Of a DNA stretch of 64,000 bases, positions 63,540 through 64,000 are shown piece after piece. This DNA comes from Lama glama (taxonomy: Eukaryota): the NCBI GenBank assembly GCA_028534125.1, contig CM052817.1:107076001-107140000 (forward strand), given 5' to 3'. A program made the position numbers and the translations under genes. Numbering within the stretch: the stretch's first letter is position 1; the number at the start of each line of letters is the position of its first letter. The notes under the pieces were generated by a model. It saw nothing but the letters and a program-made list of their open reading frames with translations. It had not been told where the DNA came from and did not search any database.

Positions 63540-63897
63540 AGCTGAAGACGGCACGTTTGTCCGCCCCCACCCCAATTCCTGTGTTGAAACCCAGCCCCCA
63601 ATGTGAGGGCCTCAGGAGGTGGGGCCTTAGGAAAGTGATTGGGTCTTGAGGGCAGCAGGCCTCTTAAGAACGGGACTACTGCCCTCATAAGAGAGGCCCC
63701 AGAGGACTCTGGCCCCTTTTACCACGTGAGGACACAGTGGGAAGACGGGCATCTGTGAACCGGAAAACAGGCCCCCAACAGAAACCAGTCTGCTGCTGGC
63801 CTTCCGGGCCTCCAGAACTGTGCGTGGTAACTGTCTATTGTTCATAAGCCATGGCGTCCATGGTGTTTTGTTATAATGGCCTGAAAGGACTAAGACA
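63540..63897 (+). mobile_element. MaLR solo LTR (MLT1A-like)
   Basis: TGTTGAAACCC..CCCCAATGTGA..GGAGGTGGGGCCTT, GTGAGGACACAG, GCCTCCAGAACTGTG, ending GACTAAGACA. Confidence 0.9.
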
Positions 63898-64000
63898 GAA
63901 TTCTAAAAGACAATCTGCCTAGTGAGGAACTAGCAAGACACCTGTGTTCGGGAGTCTTCTGGAATAAAAGTGCAGCGTGCTCAGTGCTGTGCACTGGTGA

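Noticed and set aside
39000..64000. Coding exons of a neighbouring gene (C4orf45/SPMIP2), processed pseudogenes, NUMTs or viral ORFs
   Set aside because: No recognisable peptide in the ORF track or by eye. Short exons could be missed without a search.

Overview
Mammalian genomic DNA, very probably camelid (alpaca/llama/camel), judged from about 10 copies of the tRNA-Ala-derived Vic-1-type SINE. The window is centred on a ~1.6 kb CpG island (~37380-38965) that holds the promoter and first coding exon of the long isoform of RAPGEF2 (PDZ-GEF1) on the minus strand (CDS 37526->37458, MASYVDNSFRQAVMKNPAERTPQ, then a GT donor). Bases 1-37457 are the 5' part of RAPGEF2 intron 1; exon 2 was not found. 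Bases ~39000-64000 are upstream intergenic DNA. The remainder is ordinary mammalian repeat content (L1, L2, MIR, MaLR LTRs, MER DNA transposons, microsatellites) plus two N gaps. Almost all ORFs in the track are spurious. I found no convincing new biological system. The best observations are: (1) a single-arm, non-hairpin orthologue of human MIR3688 in the intron, a possible ancestral state of a de novo primate miRNA; (2) a candidate ~1 kb GC-rich leader with uORFs, complementary (GCC)11/(GGC)6 tracts and a long open frame in phase with the RAPGEF2 AUG; (3) splice-donor signatures of a divergent antisense transcript. Repeat family names and human comparisons are from memory and were not searched; repeat boundaries are approximate.
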